From: Octopus sinensis
Taxonomy: Eukaryota
NCBI RefSeq assembly: GCF_006345805.1
Contig: NC_043000.1
Span: forward strand, 66,526,001 to 66,590,000
Reading direction: 5' to 3'
DNA length: 64,000 bases
In this document: positions 1-11,612 of the stretch, in pieces
Numbering within the stretch: the first letter of the stretch is position 1
Layout of the letters: each line of letters starts with the position of its first letter
Notes under the pieces: model-generated
Seen by the model: only the letters and a program-made list of their open reading frames with translations
What the model was told of the DNA's origin: nothing
The model's database searches: none
Position numbers and translations under genes: made by a program

Positions 1-2522
1 TTCTTAGGTCCAACTTTTCTCTCAAGGTATTTACAGTCTATCGAGTAAGCACACTGACATTACACATCCATCGGATCATACTGGCTTCATTTCTTGCAAG
101 CTTATGCATGTCCTCAGCAGTCATGGCCCATGTTTCACTGCCATGGAGCATGACTGTTCATACACATGCATCATACAGTCTACCTTTTACTCTGAGTGAG
201 AGACCCTTTGTCACCAGCAGAGGTAAGAGCTCTCTAAACTTTGCCCAGGCTATTCTTATTCTAGCAGCTACACTTTCAGCGCACCCTCCCCCACTACTGA
301 CTTGGTTGCCTAGGTAACAGAAGCTATTAACTACTTCTAGTTTTTCTCCCTGGAAGGTGGCAGAAGTTGTTCTCTACATATTTTCAGTGTTTATTGCTCC
401 TGAGAATCTGCCACATACAAAAACTATCTTCCCAGTTAGCCTTCCTTTGATATTGCTGCACCTCTTATGTGTCCATAGCTTACACTGGGTACATGTTATA
501 GAGTTTCTACCTACACTTTTTCTACAGATTGAGCAGGGCCATCTACCTGACGGGATTTATGGTTTTCCTGCCTTCCTACTTATTAGGACTTTGGTTTTAG
601 CTAGGTTGACTCTAAGGCTCCTCGATTCTAAACCCTCCTTCCACACCTGGAACTTCTCCTCCAGTTCTGATAGTGACTCAGCAATTAGAACAAGGTCGTC
701 AGCATAGAGGAGCTCCCAGGGGCAACCTGTCTTGAATTCCTCCGTAATTGCCTGGAGGACTATGATAAATAGGAGGGGGCTAAGTACTGAACCCTGGTGG
801 ACCCCAACCTCTACTTTGAATTCTTCTGTGTACATGTTGCCAACCCTAACCTTACTTACGGCATCCCTGTACATGGCTTGCACAGCCCTCACCAGCCATT
901 CATCTATCCCTAGTTTCCTCATTGACCACCAGATAAGGGATCTGGGGACCCTGTCAGAGGCTTTCTCTATATCAACAAAAGCCAGGTACAGAGGTCTATC
1001 TTTGGCCAGGTATTTCTCCTGCAGCTGTCTTACCAGAAATATAGCATCAGCGGAGCTTTTCCCTGGCACGAACCCAAACTGCATCTCATCTAAACTGACT
1101 CTCTCCCTAATTATTTGGGCTATGACTCTCTCCGTGAAACTTCATTACCTGATCTAACAACTTGATACCTCTGTAATTATTTGTATCTAAAACGTCACCT
1201 TTTCCTTTGTAGCAGTTGACTACAGTGCTGCTACACCAGTCATTGGGTATGACTCCTTCGTGTATCACCTGGTTAACTATACGGGTGACTAGACTATAGC
1301 CAACACTGTCAGATATTTTGAGCATCTCTGCAGTGATTCCTGATGGGCCGGGGGCTTTCCCTGTCTTCATACTCTTAATTGCTTTATCTACCAAGGTACT
1401 GTCAACTCGGACAGCAGGTCCCTCTGATGGGTCGACATTTGGCAGACTCTCTTTCTCCCATTCATTTACTTTATTTGGTAACCTTTCATAGTGGCGTCTC
1501 CAAACCTCTCTCTTTGCAGCCTCGTCTAGTGCAAGTGAACCATCATCCATGCAAACACATTTCTCTCCTACAACATCACAATTCTCTCTCACACACTGTC
1601 TTGCAAAACAAAATACCTCAAGTCTTTGGTCCTCATGGCACAGAACAATGGCAAATTTTTTCTTATCTGCTTCCTCTCTGGGTAAATAAACCTGCCTCCT
1701 AGCTTCCCTTCCGGCAGTCTCATACAATTCCCTGCTACCACCATTCTTCCAGTCCTTCCAAGCCTGTTTCTTTTCTCTAATAGCCCTGTCAACAACATTG
1801 TTCCACCACCATGTTATTTTGGGTCGAGAGGGGACTTTGCACCATCCACAGATCTGGTCAGTTGTCCCTAGCAGATTGTTCTGTAGAAACCTCCAGTTGT
1901 CTTCTACATTGTGTGAAGCTATATCCCCTGCTATTTCGTCAAAGACTTCAAGTAATACGTCTCTAAATCTCTGTCCATTGGCAGGATCTTTAAGCTTCCA
2001 GACCCTTCTCCTTCATACTGGTCGTCTTCTGGGCATCCACTTAGCCCTGATCCTGAAGTCACTAACTACCAGTCCATGTTGTGGGGTATATTCTTTGCCT
2101 GGGAAGGTTTTGGCATTTATAAGCAGTCATCTTTCCCTTTTTCTGGTAAGGATATAGTCAATTTGGCTAGTGTGTCTGCCAGAACAGTAGGTGACTAGGT
2201 GACTGGCAGGTTTTCTGAAGTTAGTATTGCAAACCATAAGATCATTTACATTGCAGAACTCCAGCAGCTTGGTTCCCTCCTCATTGCAGGAGCCCAAACC
2301 ATAGCCACCATGGAAGGCCCCGGCATGTTGTCCAACACGTCCATTGAAGTCACCATCCACAGAGAGAATTACTAACTGTAATTCATCAATGCAGTAGTCT
2401 GCAAAAGGGTGTGATAGAATTGGTCTTTCTGTTCATTGGGTAGCCCCGGCTGAGGGGCATAGGCCGAGATAATGGTTGCTAACCCATGATGAAGCACTAA
2501 TCTAATCTTAAGTATTCTGTTG
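1..2522 (-). mobile_element. RTE-clade LINE, decayed endonuclease + reverse transcriptase, continues off the left edge
   Basis: ORF 557..1084 has QFGFVPGKS, GVHQGSVLSPLLF and LYADDL (RT motifs). ORF 1107..1727 has GKAPGPSGI and NYRGIKLL. ORF 2127..2360 has GDFNG and SQIDYIL (APE endonuclease). IISAYAPQ is readable near 2460-2490. Frameshifts separate the pieces. Confidence 0.93.
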
Positions 2523-2579
2523 CATACTCTGACTACCTCAATTACCTTGGTGTAGTGGTTAAAAGCACATGCTACTAAC

Positions 2580-3978
2580 CCTAATGTCCGTTTTCCATGC
2601 TATCATGGGTTGGACGGTTCGACTGTGGTCTGGGAAGCCAAGAGGCTGCACCTGGCTCCAGTCTGATCTGGCAGTGTTGCTACAGCTGGATGCCCTTCCT
2701 AATGCCAACCATTCTGTGAGTGTAGTGGAGCTTTTTATGTGCCACCGGCACAGGGTCCAGGGGAGGCTGGCAACGGCCACGATTGGTTGATACTTTTTAC
2801 ATGCTGCCGGCACGGAAGCCAGTCAAAGCAGCACTGGCATTGGCCACATTTGGATGGTGCTTTTTATATGTCACCGGTAACTGTATCACAATTACAATTT
2901 CCATTTGGTTTTCATTTTGATGTTGAGCACAGCAGGTCGCCCTATCATCCAAGGTACTTTTGAATGGGCTGGGGCTGGTTATGTGAAACTGGTGTAGGGA
3001 TACAGCCATGAACTCACTTTATTTGCCGGGTCTTTGTAGTCACAGCATATCTCCAGAGGTTTTGGTCTTTTAGCATTACCTCTGTGAGGCCCAATGTTCA
3101 AAGGTCATGCTTCACTACCTTATCCGATGTCTTCCTGGGTCTACCTCTACCCCGGATTCCTTCAACTGTTTGGGAGTGGCACTTCTTCACACAGATCTCC
3201 TCATCCATCTGTAGTACATGACCATACCAGCACAAACATCTCTCTTGCATGCCACATCCAATGCTTCGTCCAACATTTCTCTCAGGGTGCTTACACTGTC
3301 ATGTATGCACACTGACATTACACATCCAGCAGATCATGCTAGCTTCATTTCTTTTGAGCCTACGCATGTCCTCAGCAGTCACGGCCCATGTTTCACTGCC
3401 ATGAAGCATGGCAGTTCGCACACATGCATCGTACAATCTACCTTTCACTCTGAATGAGAGGCCCTTTGTCACCAGTAGGGGTAGAACCTTTCTAAACTTT
3501 GCCCAGGCTATTCTTATTCTAGTGGTAACACTCTCAGAGCATCCACCCCCACTACTAACTTGGTCACCTAGGTAGTGGTAGCTATCAACTACTTCTAGTT
3601 TCTTCCCCTGGAGTGTGATGGTATCTGTTTTCTGAGCATCTGTGGTTTTTATTACCCCTATGCATCTGCTGTACATGAAAGCTATCTTCTCAGTTAATCT
3701 TCCTTTGATGTTGCTGTATCTCTTATGTGTCCATAGCTTACACTTGGTACATCTTATGGAGTTTCTACCTACACCTTTTCAACAGATTGAGCAGGGCCAC
3801 CTACCTGAGGGTGTGTGTGATGAGTTCACTTTCCTACTTACTAAAACTTTGGTCTTTGCTACATTGACTCTAAGGCCTTTTGATTCTAAACCTTGCTTCC
3901 ACACCCGAAATTTCTTCTCTAGTTCTGGTAGTGATTCTGCTATGAGGGCCAGGTCATGAGCATAGAGGAGCTCCCAAG
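2580..3978 (-). mobile_element. 5'-truncated RTE LINE copy with complete 3' tail
   Basis: RT C-terminus VKGRLYDACVRTAMLHGSETWAV (ORF 3299..3676), decayed WELLYAHDL near 3950-3978, and the family 3' tail (ttccatgctatcatgggttggacgg) at about 2590. Confidence 0.9.
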
Positions 3979-3980
<2 letters not shown>

Positions 3981-4019
<39 letters not shown>

Positions 4020-4775
4020 AGTGTGTGTGTATGTGTATAATATATTTGTATGTATGTGTGTGTGTGTGTGTGTGTGTCTGTGGATCTATACTTTGTTGTA
4101 TCAGGGGAGAGTCATTTTCTTTTTGTGCCTTATAATTTAATACACTCACTGGTAATTTCCACTTATTTCTTATTTCTATTTTCCTAAAATTTTCGTTGCG
4201 TCTTGCAACCTTTTCAATAGTCTTGACTCTGTCCGTTATTTACACTGCGTTCCTTTTTGTTTGTTTCTGCGCATGTGTGTGGGTCAGTGTGTGTGTATGT
4301 GCCTATGCATGCATGTATGTATGTATGTGTGTACGTATGTATGCATGTGTGTGTATGCATATATGTATGTTGTGCATCTGTATCTATGTATTCTGCATAT
4401 TCATGTGCTTGCATGTCCGTGTTTGTGTATTTTCTATGTATGTGTGTGTGTGAGCATGTATTTGTATATGTATGCACCTCTGTCTCCTTGTGTGTGAATG
4501 CCTGTGTGTGTGTGTTTTGCAACAGATGTGCATCTCTATATGTGTGAACCCGTGTCTCCATATGTGTCCTTGTGTGGAGTAAAGTGAGTGTGTATATATG
4601 GTCATGTGTTTCAGTCTCCATTTGCGTATGTGTGCTTGTCTGTTCTTATAACCTATGTACCTATCCATCTGTATGTTGATCTGTTTATTTTCATATTCAT
4701 ATGCTTACATACAAAAAAAAAATACATGTGCATACACACACACTCACACACACACACACACACACACATACATCT
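3981..4775. repeat. (AT)n, (GT)n and degenerate TG/TA-rich low-complexity tract
   Basis: Directly visible dinucleotide runs; these explain the C/V/Y- and H/T-rich spurious ORFs. Confidence 0.95.
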
Positions 4776-5017
4776 ATCTACATAAGAGTCCACTAATAAT
4801 TCTACAAGCAATAAGTAACAATAAAACAGATAGTTTGATTATAGTATGGTCTTGGGTTCAGTTCCACCATGTGACACTTTGAGCAAGTCTCTCTTAGTAC
4901 AGCCCAGGGTTGAGTAAAAACCTTGTAATTGGATTCAGGTGTTAGAAATTGAAAAGAAAACCATCATGCATGTATGTATCTGAAAATAAGACAAATTTTA
5001 AACACAAAGTGATTTAT

Positions 5018-5135
5018 TCAATCAATGATATAATTAATGTTTGATTCTACTATCTTCTGCCATCTTGTGAACAAACCCATTATTCTCTTCTCAAAGAATT
5101 ATTTTGTCTCTACTGGCAAAAAACTGTTCCATTCA
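5018..5135 (-). mobile_element. mariner transposase C-terminal remnant
   Basis: Minus strand reads QFFASRDK, then after a frameshift FEKRIMGLFTRWQKIVESNINYIID-stop, which resembles the typical mariner C-terminus. Confidence 0.7.
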
Positions 5136-5161
5136 TGCATGCATGTATGTATGTACATACG

Positions 5162-5216
<55 letters not shown>

Positions 5217-5220
5217 ATAT

Positions 5221-5713
5221 AAATTAGAAAAAAAACACCTTTTATCAATTAAATAATGAAAAATTAAATTATACCATCTAGAAAAATACATATTATAGAA
5301 AGATTAAATATAAGATAAAACATATAACGATGATTAAGTAATGTGCAAAATAATAAATAAAAGTATATATTTGGTAGAATATAAGATTATTTACGTATAT
5401 TTATTAATTTATCTAATTAATTATTTTATTATTATTGTTGTTATCTTTAACCTGAAGAGTGGCTATATTTATATTGAAGTGATTTTACTACTACTACTAT
5501 TATTTTTACTATTATCATTTCTTAAATATAGCCACGAACATGTGTCATTATTCTATCAAATATATACGTTTCATTTATTATTTTGCACATTACTTAATCA
5601 TCGTTATATGTTTTATCATATATTTAATCTTTCTATAATATATAATTTTCTAGATGGTATAATTTAATTTTTTATTATTGAATTGATAAAAGGAGGTTTT
5701 TTTTTTCTAATTT
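5221..5713. repeat. Long inverted repeat (arms about 137 bp: 5221-5357 and 5573-5713), flanked by (TA)n
   Basis: The arms are near-perfect reverse complements, e.g. aaattataccatctagaaaa / ttttctagatggtataattt. Confidence 0.93.
5447..5551 (+). ncRNA. Decayed minimal type I hammerhead-ribozyme-like motif
   Basis: CTGAAGA 5452-5458; perfect 13-bp stem II (5459-5471 with 5523-5535); GAAC-ATGT-GTC (one A missing from GAAAC); short stem I. Confidence 0.5.
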
Positions 5714-6008
5714 ATATATATATATATTATATTTTGTGAAATTTGATTTAGTATTTCTAAATTGAATTTTTTCCTGTAAGTTTGGAATAATATTCCCTCA
5801 TATTATCATATATATGTGTGTGTGTGTATGTGTGTGTGCATACATTGGTTTTATAGCAAATCCACTCAAATCTTAATATGATCATCACTTACACTCATGT
5901 GTGCACCCTCACACAAAAACAGACAGCGAGATAGACAGAGCAGGAGTAACTGAATATACAAATCAAATTTAATCCAACTTAATTGCCTGGTTTATTGAAA
6001 GCTTTTTA

Positions 6009-6056
6009 TCAGTAGTCATTCCTTGTTGTCACTAATGAAACAAACATTCTTAAGAA
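6009..6056 (-). CDS. Candidate terminal exon of the minus-strand gene (FLRMFVSLVTTRNDY-stop)
   Basis: Acceptor ctattgcag at 6057, phase 0 as required after exon 9755-9884, TGA at 6009-6011 and AATAAA at 5991-5996 on the minus strand. Short, so it could be chance. Confidence 0.3.
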   Translation of the reverse strand, partial: FLRMFVSLVTTRNDY

Positions 6057-6103
6057 CTGCAATAGTTAAACTCATCTAAGTATGAAATGGAAACTCTATA
6101 ATC

Positions 6104-6819
6104 TTAACCATTTAGCATTCAGATTATCCTTTCAAATGTAATGCTTATACAGTCACACTCTTTTGCATTGATCATGCATCATATTGTAGCCTCAAAATTT
6201 TAAAATAACCGTGTAAAGTACGTCTGAGAAGCAGAATCTGGTTGGTTTGAAAATAAAACACGTGGAATATTTTGGTTGCAAAAGAGTTAAAGTATGTTTG
6301 GTTACTGACAAAAATGTTCTCTTCATATAATGTATTGAGGGCGATCCATTTCTTCAACCCTTTAGTGTTCAGGTTATTTTATCAAATGTAATACTTATTG
6401 ATTCACATTGTTTTGAATTGATCAGGCATTATCTCATTTCCTTGGGATTACGATGATGTGGTTGTTTAATGTAAAATAACATTGTAGGGTTGGTGTGAGA
6501 GCCTGGATCTGGTCAGTTTGAACATAAAACAAATGGAAAATTTTGGCTGGATATGGCTGGTTTAAATGCTAAAGGGTTATGCAGTTGTGGAGAGGTTTAA
6601 CCCTTTAGCACTTAAACTGTCCATATCCAGCCCAAATATTCTGCCTGTTTATGCTGAAACAGGCCAGATCTGGCCTCTTAGACCCACCCTGCTATGTCAT
6701 TTTAAAAATAAACACATTAATGGAATCTCAAAGCTGCAAGATAATGCATGATTAATTCAAAACAATGCGAATAAATAAGAATTACATTTGATAAAGTAAT
6801 CTCAATGCTAACGAGTTAA
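6104..6819. mobile_element. Cluster of three piggyBac-type MITEs (about 6108-6357, 6358-6576, 6601-6815)
   Basis: Termini TTAA-CCCTTTAGCA...TGCTAAAGGG-TTAA or close variants; TTAA on both sides of the third copy (6597-6600 and 6816-6819). Confidence 0.75.
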
Positions 6820-7829
6820 GGGAAGTTGTTGATGTTGAAATTCCAATGAAGGAGCCTTGGACCTAGATCAGAAACCAGTTCTTTCTCTATTGGCGAGAAA
6901 TCTTGAAATAAACTGAATAATGACATACATATAAACATATATGATTTGTGACTTTGTGTCTGTTTCTGTCCCCCACTCCGCTTGATAATTGGTGTAGCTG
7001 TGTTTATGTTCATGTAACGTAGCGGTTTGGTAAAAGAGGCCTATAAAAAAAGTACCAGGCATAAGAAAAGAAAGAGCTGGTGTCGATTTGTTTGATTAAA
7101 ATTCTTCAAGATGGTGCTCCTGTGTGGCCGCAGTCTGATGACTGGAAAATATAAAAGAACTACTAAATTCCTTACTATAACTTAAGGCTAAGGGAAGTAA
7201 CTGTACTATGACATTGAAACCTCTCACGGTCGCTAGAAATAGCAACCCAAATGCTTTTAAATTAGATCCCAATACTGTATGTTCAAGAATCAAATGAAGG
7301 ACAGGTTTTCAATCCTGGAATCATCCTGATTCCAAAAAGGTATATGTCTATGTAGAGTAAAATGTCCCAGACACATTTCGCTTTTATTAATATAGATGAA
7401 CAGACTAAAGACAAAGTCAACTTGAGTGATATAGGACTCGTTTATGTAAAGGGACATAACTATGGGGTTTTTTTAAACCCCATAATGAAAATGATATAAT
7501 GAAACTATTTGAGCTGAAGCAGACATCCAAAATATGTAATTGTAAATACTTACTGTACTTCTTTTTTTTTATAAGATTTACTTATTTCACGGATCTTATT
7601 CGTTATAAGCTTAATAGTTGGTTCATCATACCAGAATTGACTATAATACTAGAAACCAAAAGAAAAAATTGATTCAGGAATATTCAGCAGTTTAGATATA
7701 AATCAAATAAATAGCAAGTATGTGTTTTTCACGAAATGTAAAAAATATTGGTTATTTATAAATATTTACTTTATGCAAATATGTATGCATAATTTCTTCT
7801 ATTTCCTATATTTACTTAAAAATATTTAA

Positions 7830-8225
7830 GGCACAGAAATGGCTGTGTTAAGAAGTTTACTCCCCAACCACTTGGCTTCAGGTGCTGTTCTACTGCATGG
7901 CACATTGGGCAAGTGTTTTCTACTATAACCTCAGGCCAACCAAAGCCTTGTGAGCGATTTTGGTAAACAGAAACTGATAGAAGCTTCTTATATATATATA
8001 TATGTGTGTGTGTGACTCTCTCTCTCTCTCCCCCTTGCCTTAACATTGTGTGACAGCTGTAAACAAGTGTCACTGTCATGCATGTAGTGTTGTTTGCTTT
8101 CATTTTCCTTGCAAACATGGGGAAAATTACCTTACTTGGAAATTGGTGAGGGCAGGCAATAGGAAGGGCATCCAGCTGCAGAAAAATTGTCTGACCCATG
8201 CAAGCATGCAAAAGTGGATGTTAAA
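7830..8225 (+). mobile_element. Diverged tRNA-derived SINE (family A head) joined to an RTE-like tail
   Basis: Matches the head of 43524-43937 (ggctgtgt..aag...caaagccttgtgag) and ends in gga(a)gggcatccagctg...gatg. Confidence 0.7.
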
Positions 8226-8769
8226 ATGATAACAATGATGGTGGTTATTCTGAAGCAACTTCTTTTCTGTCAAAATTCTCTCATTATTCATGACAAAAAA
8301 AAATATTACACTAAAAAATTACATCCATATTTGGCAGAAATGTAAAATGCATAACAATCATTCCATCATAATATGTGTGAATGATGTTCTACATGAAACT
8401 GATTCTGCATTTTCTACATCTATGAAATAAACATCTATTTTCAATCAAATACATCAAATATCAAACACAACTCTTTTTCCATTCATAGCACACATACAAC
8501 AAGCAGAATATTTTAATAATAATATTTACAAGTTTAATAGACTAAAGAAAATAGTCTAATATTGGGGTATATAAGCCCTTGTTGGAAAAAAAATGGGTTA
8601 TTTATAAGATTTAAGCTTTAAAATATTATTATTATTTACAGAATTGTCACTCGTCATCACTTCTACATTTAATACAGAAGTGCATAGATTATTTTAATTA
8701 AAAGTTTCCTCCCACCTCATAGCTGTCTGTTGCATGTGCTGATACAGTCATGTACTCTGTCTCCCACTA

Positions 8770-8965
8770 GATCATCCTACTAGGGCTTTCCTCTCATACG
8801 ATGCAGTAGCTACAGGTTGGAAGAGGCCTTGTGGCAGGTGCTGCACCAAATGGCTGGACGTGATTGGGAAAAATCTCCAGAGGCTCAATGTCACCTTGGA
8901 GGATGCAGAGGGACTGGCACAGGACTGCCAGTGGTGAAGAGCATTAGTGAACCTGTCGATTCTAC
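8770..8965 (+). mobile_element. LINE ORF2 C-terminal remnant
   Basis: Translates GWKRPCGRCCTKWLDVIGKNLQRLNVTLEDAEGLAQDCQW, resembling the RPxGRPxxxWxD...AQDRxxWR end of RTE/CR1-type ORF2. Confidence 0.7.
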
Positions 8966-9194
8966 ACATGATGATGCCTGTGGGACCACTAACCTGGGAT
9001 AACTCCAGCCCCATAAAGCAAGAGCATGAAGCAAGCAAGCATAAATTTCCTTAGACTGTTTACAGACTATTATACTTAGCTTCAGCTCTCTGAATTAATA
9101 TAACATACTGTTACATAAAAAAAACAGTGATAACTGTAGGTTTTCTGAAAATGATTTTTGTTCAACTTGGGTTTAAAATCTTCACAAAATGTAG

Positions 9195-9560
9195 CTTATA
9201 ATCTGCTATTGCTTGCTTGTTTCAGTCATCCTAATGCAGTCATGCCAGGGTATCACCTTGAAGTGTTTAACTGAACAATTTGACACTAGTACTTATTTTT
9301 TTAAGCCTGATACTTATTCTATCTTTCTCTTTTGCTGAACCTCTAAGTTACAGAGATGTAAACAAACCAACACTATCAAGTGGTAATAGGGAATAAATTC
9401 AAACATGAACACACACACCTAAGATGAGCTTCTTTCAGTTTCCATCTACCAAATCCACTCACAAGTCTTTGGTTGGCCCAGGTGTCATGCAGTGGGACTG
9501 AACCCAGATCAATGTGGTTAGGAAGCAAACTTCTTACCACACAGCCATATCTATGCCTAT
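9195..9560 (-). mobile_element. tRNA-derived SINE family A, diverged
   Basis: Reverse complement of the 43524-43937 copy. Confidence 0.8.
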
Positions 9561-9754
9561 ATTTATATATTCATACTAGATTATGTCATATTTTGTGAGG
9601 TAAAAATGTATTAATATTTTTATGATTGATTTGGGTTATATAAAAGGGTTTTGTCAGCAATCTCTGTTGTTGATCATCAACAAATGCTGTCTGTCACACT
9701 GAAATACTATTAACTTTGAATACATTTGATCTAATTGCAAAGAAATAAACTTAC

Positions 9755-9884
9755 CCAGTTTTCAGGAAATTCATCAGTATTTTCATATGAAAATTCTATA
9801 GGTTCTTTCCCAATTTTCTCCAATTCCTCGTCTGGTGGATCATCACTGCTGTCACTCTCAGTTGATGATAGAGAGTAAAATCTC
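9755..9884 (-). CDS. Internal coding exon of an unidentified gene (RFYSLSSTESDSSDDPPDEELEKIGKEPIEFSYENTDEFPENW)
   Basis: Acceptor ttttctaatag, donor TGG|gtaagt, only one open frame; its phase-2 start matches the phase-2 end of exon 16896-16936. Confidence 0.75.
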
Positions 9885-10174
9885 CTATTAGAAAACATTA
9901 AATCTCTGATAACAATAACAGCTGCATTACATAGAAGCATAAAATAGTATTATCAATTTCTATATATGAAATGTAATATACACTAAAAGGGAACTGACTT
10001 GATACTAAGCACCAGCAGTGCCAAAGAGAAAGAGAGGGAAAGGATATATATATAGTGTATAAATATATATATCGTATCATACAGGCAAGAAAGAAATATT
10101 TTCAAATGCAGTAAAGCCGTGACAACAGCAGAAAGAATGGGTATTTTACCCTTATATGATGTAAAATATTGTTA

Positions 10175-10248
10175 GCAGACAGCTATGGGACTTGAACCCA
10201 CACTGCCCAGATACCGGCTGAGTACTCTACCTATTAAGCTACAAAATG
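10175..10248 (-). mobile_element. tRNA-like SINE head (not a functional tRNA)
   Basis: A-box tagcttaataggtagag, anticodon-like arm ctcag/ctggg and T-arm gtggg-ttcaagt-cccat are present, but the acceptor stem does not pair. Confidence 0.6.
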
Positions 10249-10327
10249 TTACTATTTTGTCTGTATGATACAATACACATTCAATGCTTTCGAAAACAGG
10301 AAAAAAAAGTTTGTTTACATATGTTGT

Positions 10328-10365
<38 letters not shown>

Positions 10366-10569
10366 ATATTGAATCGTTAATCCTTACACATTTTTTGTCT
10401 CTTTCAGCGTTTTTTTTCTTCTTAATCCTTTCTGTTGAAGAGCATAGGCTTGAAACAAGAAAGACTTTTCTATTCTTCCTGAGCATTAAACTAATACACC
10501 TGCTTGTTGTTCCCTCACCTGTCTTTGTCTTTCATTTTCTGTAAATTTGAATACTATATATATATATGT

Positions 10570-10880
10570 GGAGGCACAATGGCCCAGTGGTTAGGGCAGC
10601 AAACTTGCAGTCATAGGATCGTGGTTTTGATTCCCAGACCTGGCATTGTGAGTGTTTATTGAGCGAAAACATTTAGAGCTCCACGAGGCTCCGGCAGGGG
10701 ATGGTGGCGATCCCTGCTGTACTCTTTCGCCACAACTTTCTCAAACTCTTTCTTCTGTTGGCCTGCTTGCTTAGCCAGCAGGGTGGCATCATTTGAAGGC
10801 TAAAGCAATGCGAAGTGCATTGTGACCAGCGATGTGTAGCAACATCTGATAGCCTGGTTGGTCACAGTGATCACGGTAAT
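10570..10880 (+). mobile_element. tRNA-derived SINE family B
   Basis: GGAGGCACAATGGCCCAGTGGTTAGGGC head with a B-box-like segment; reverse-complement copy at 49003-49311. Confidence 0.88.
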
Positions 10881-11068
10881 ATATATATATACTTAATCAT
10901 ATTCAAAGGGAAATGGAAATTAATTAAAATTTTCATTTCCAGTGGCCTAACGTGTAAAAATTTAGTCCAAAGGACTGTGGCTGTGCTGTAGATTTTGAAA
11001 AAATTAGGATGTATAAACAAGAGGCACATAGTTTGTTCACCTTGTGTTTATATATTTAACCCAAGGTG

Positions 11069-11149
11069 TTCCTGCTGAGGACGATTTCACCTAGTGAATA
11101 TATGTGATTTACTTGCTAAACTAAAATCAGAAACCAATTGGTCCAGGAA
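11069..11149 (+). ncRNA. Type I hammerhead ribozyme, near-canonical, with a palindromic minimal stem III
   Basis: Stem I TTCCTG (11069-74)/CAGGAA (11144-49); core CTGAGGA 11075-81; stem II CGATTT/AAATCA; GAAA 11130-33; stem III ACC-AATT-GGT; GUC cleavage triplet ending at C11143. Confidence 0.75.
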
Positions 11150-11354
11150 ACTAGATGGTAAAATGTTTTTATTTTTTCATTTCGTTCTTGTCAAATTTTA
11201 TCCCTAATTTTTGGTTATGGAACCTAGCTGTTCTTTCTAGCGTGTTGAATCCCATGAGTGGATTCCTCATGTGTTTAAATGTACACTGTATTATATATAT
11301 ATATAATAATTTCTTAAGTAATGAGAAGGTGGATTTCGTATTAATCTTTATTTT

Positions 11355-11459
11355 ATAAAATGGTCATTTTGACCCATCCTGCTACTGTCCCTTATGGGTG
11401 AGACTCCCTTCAACATGTGTTGCATCAATTTTGCAGTTTGGGTCTCATCAGGTACATCC
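11355..11459 (-). ncRNA. Decayed hammerhead-like motif on the opposite strand
   Basis: Minus strand: CTGATGA, stem II GACCC...GGGTC, AAAA in place of GAAA, stem III ATG/CAT, AUU triplet, weak stem I. Confidence 0.45.
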
Positions 11460-11612
11460 ATACATGAAGTTGTGTCTTGCTAAAGATCCTGAGTTTTGGC
11501 TGTCATGTTGTTATATGCCTGTCTAGTTAGTGAATGAAATATTGCTACAGTTTTCAATTACTATTATCTATCTTCAATAAGGGTTGCAAATAGTTGTAAA
11601 TGTAGATAAATG

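Noticed and set aside
4196-4882. Cys/Val/Tyr- and His/Thr-rich ORFs
   Set aside because: Translations of degenerate TG/CA microsatellite.
9109-9144. Possible 36-nt phase-0 minus-strand exon (KTYSYHCFFYVT)
   Set aside because: It has AG/GT ends but is very short, crosses a T8 run, and has no independent support.
10175-10248. tRNA-Thr(GGT) gene
   Set aside because: The acceptor stem does not pair and the anticodon loop is atypical; it is better explained as a SINE head.
10415-10475. Hammerhead candidate CTGTTGA-A-GAGC/GCTT-GAAAC
   Set aside because: The core is altered and no stem III or NUH site follows; at most a relic.
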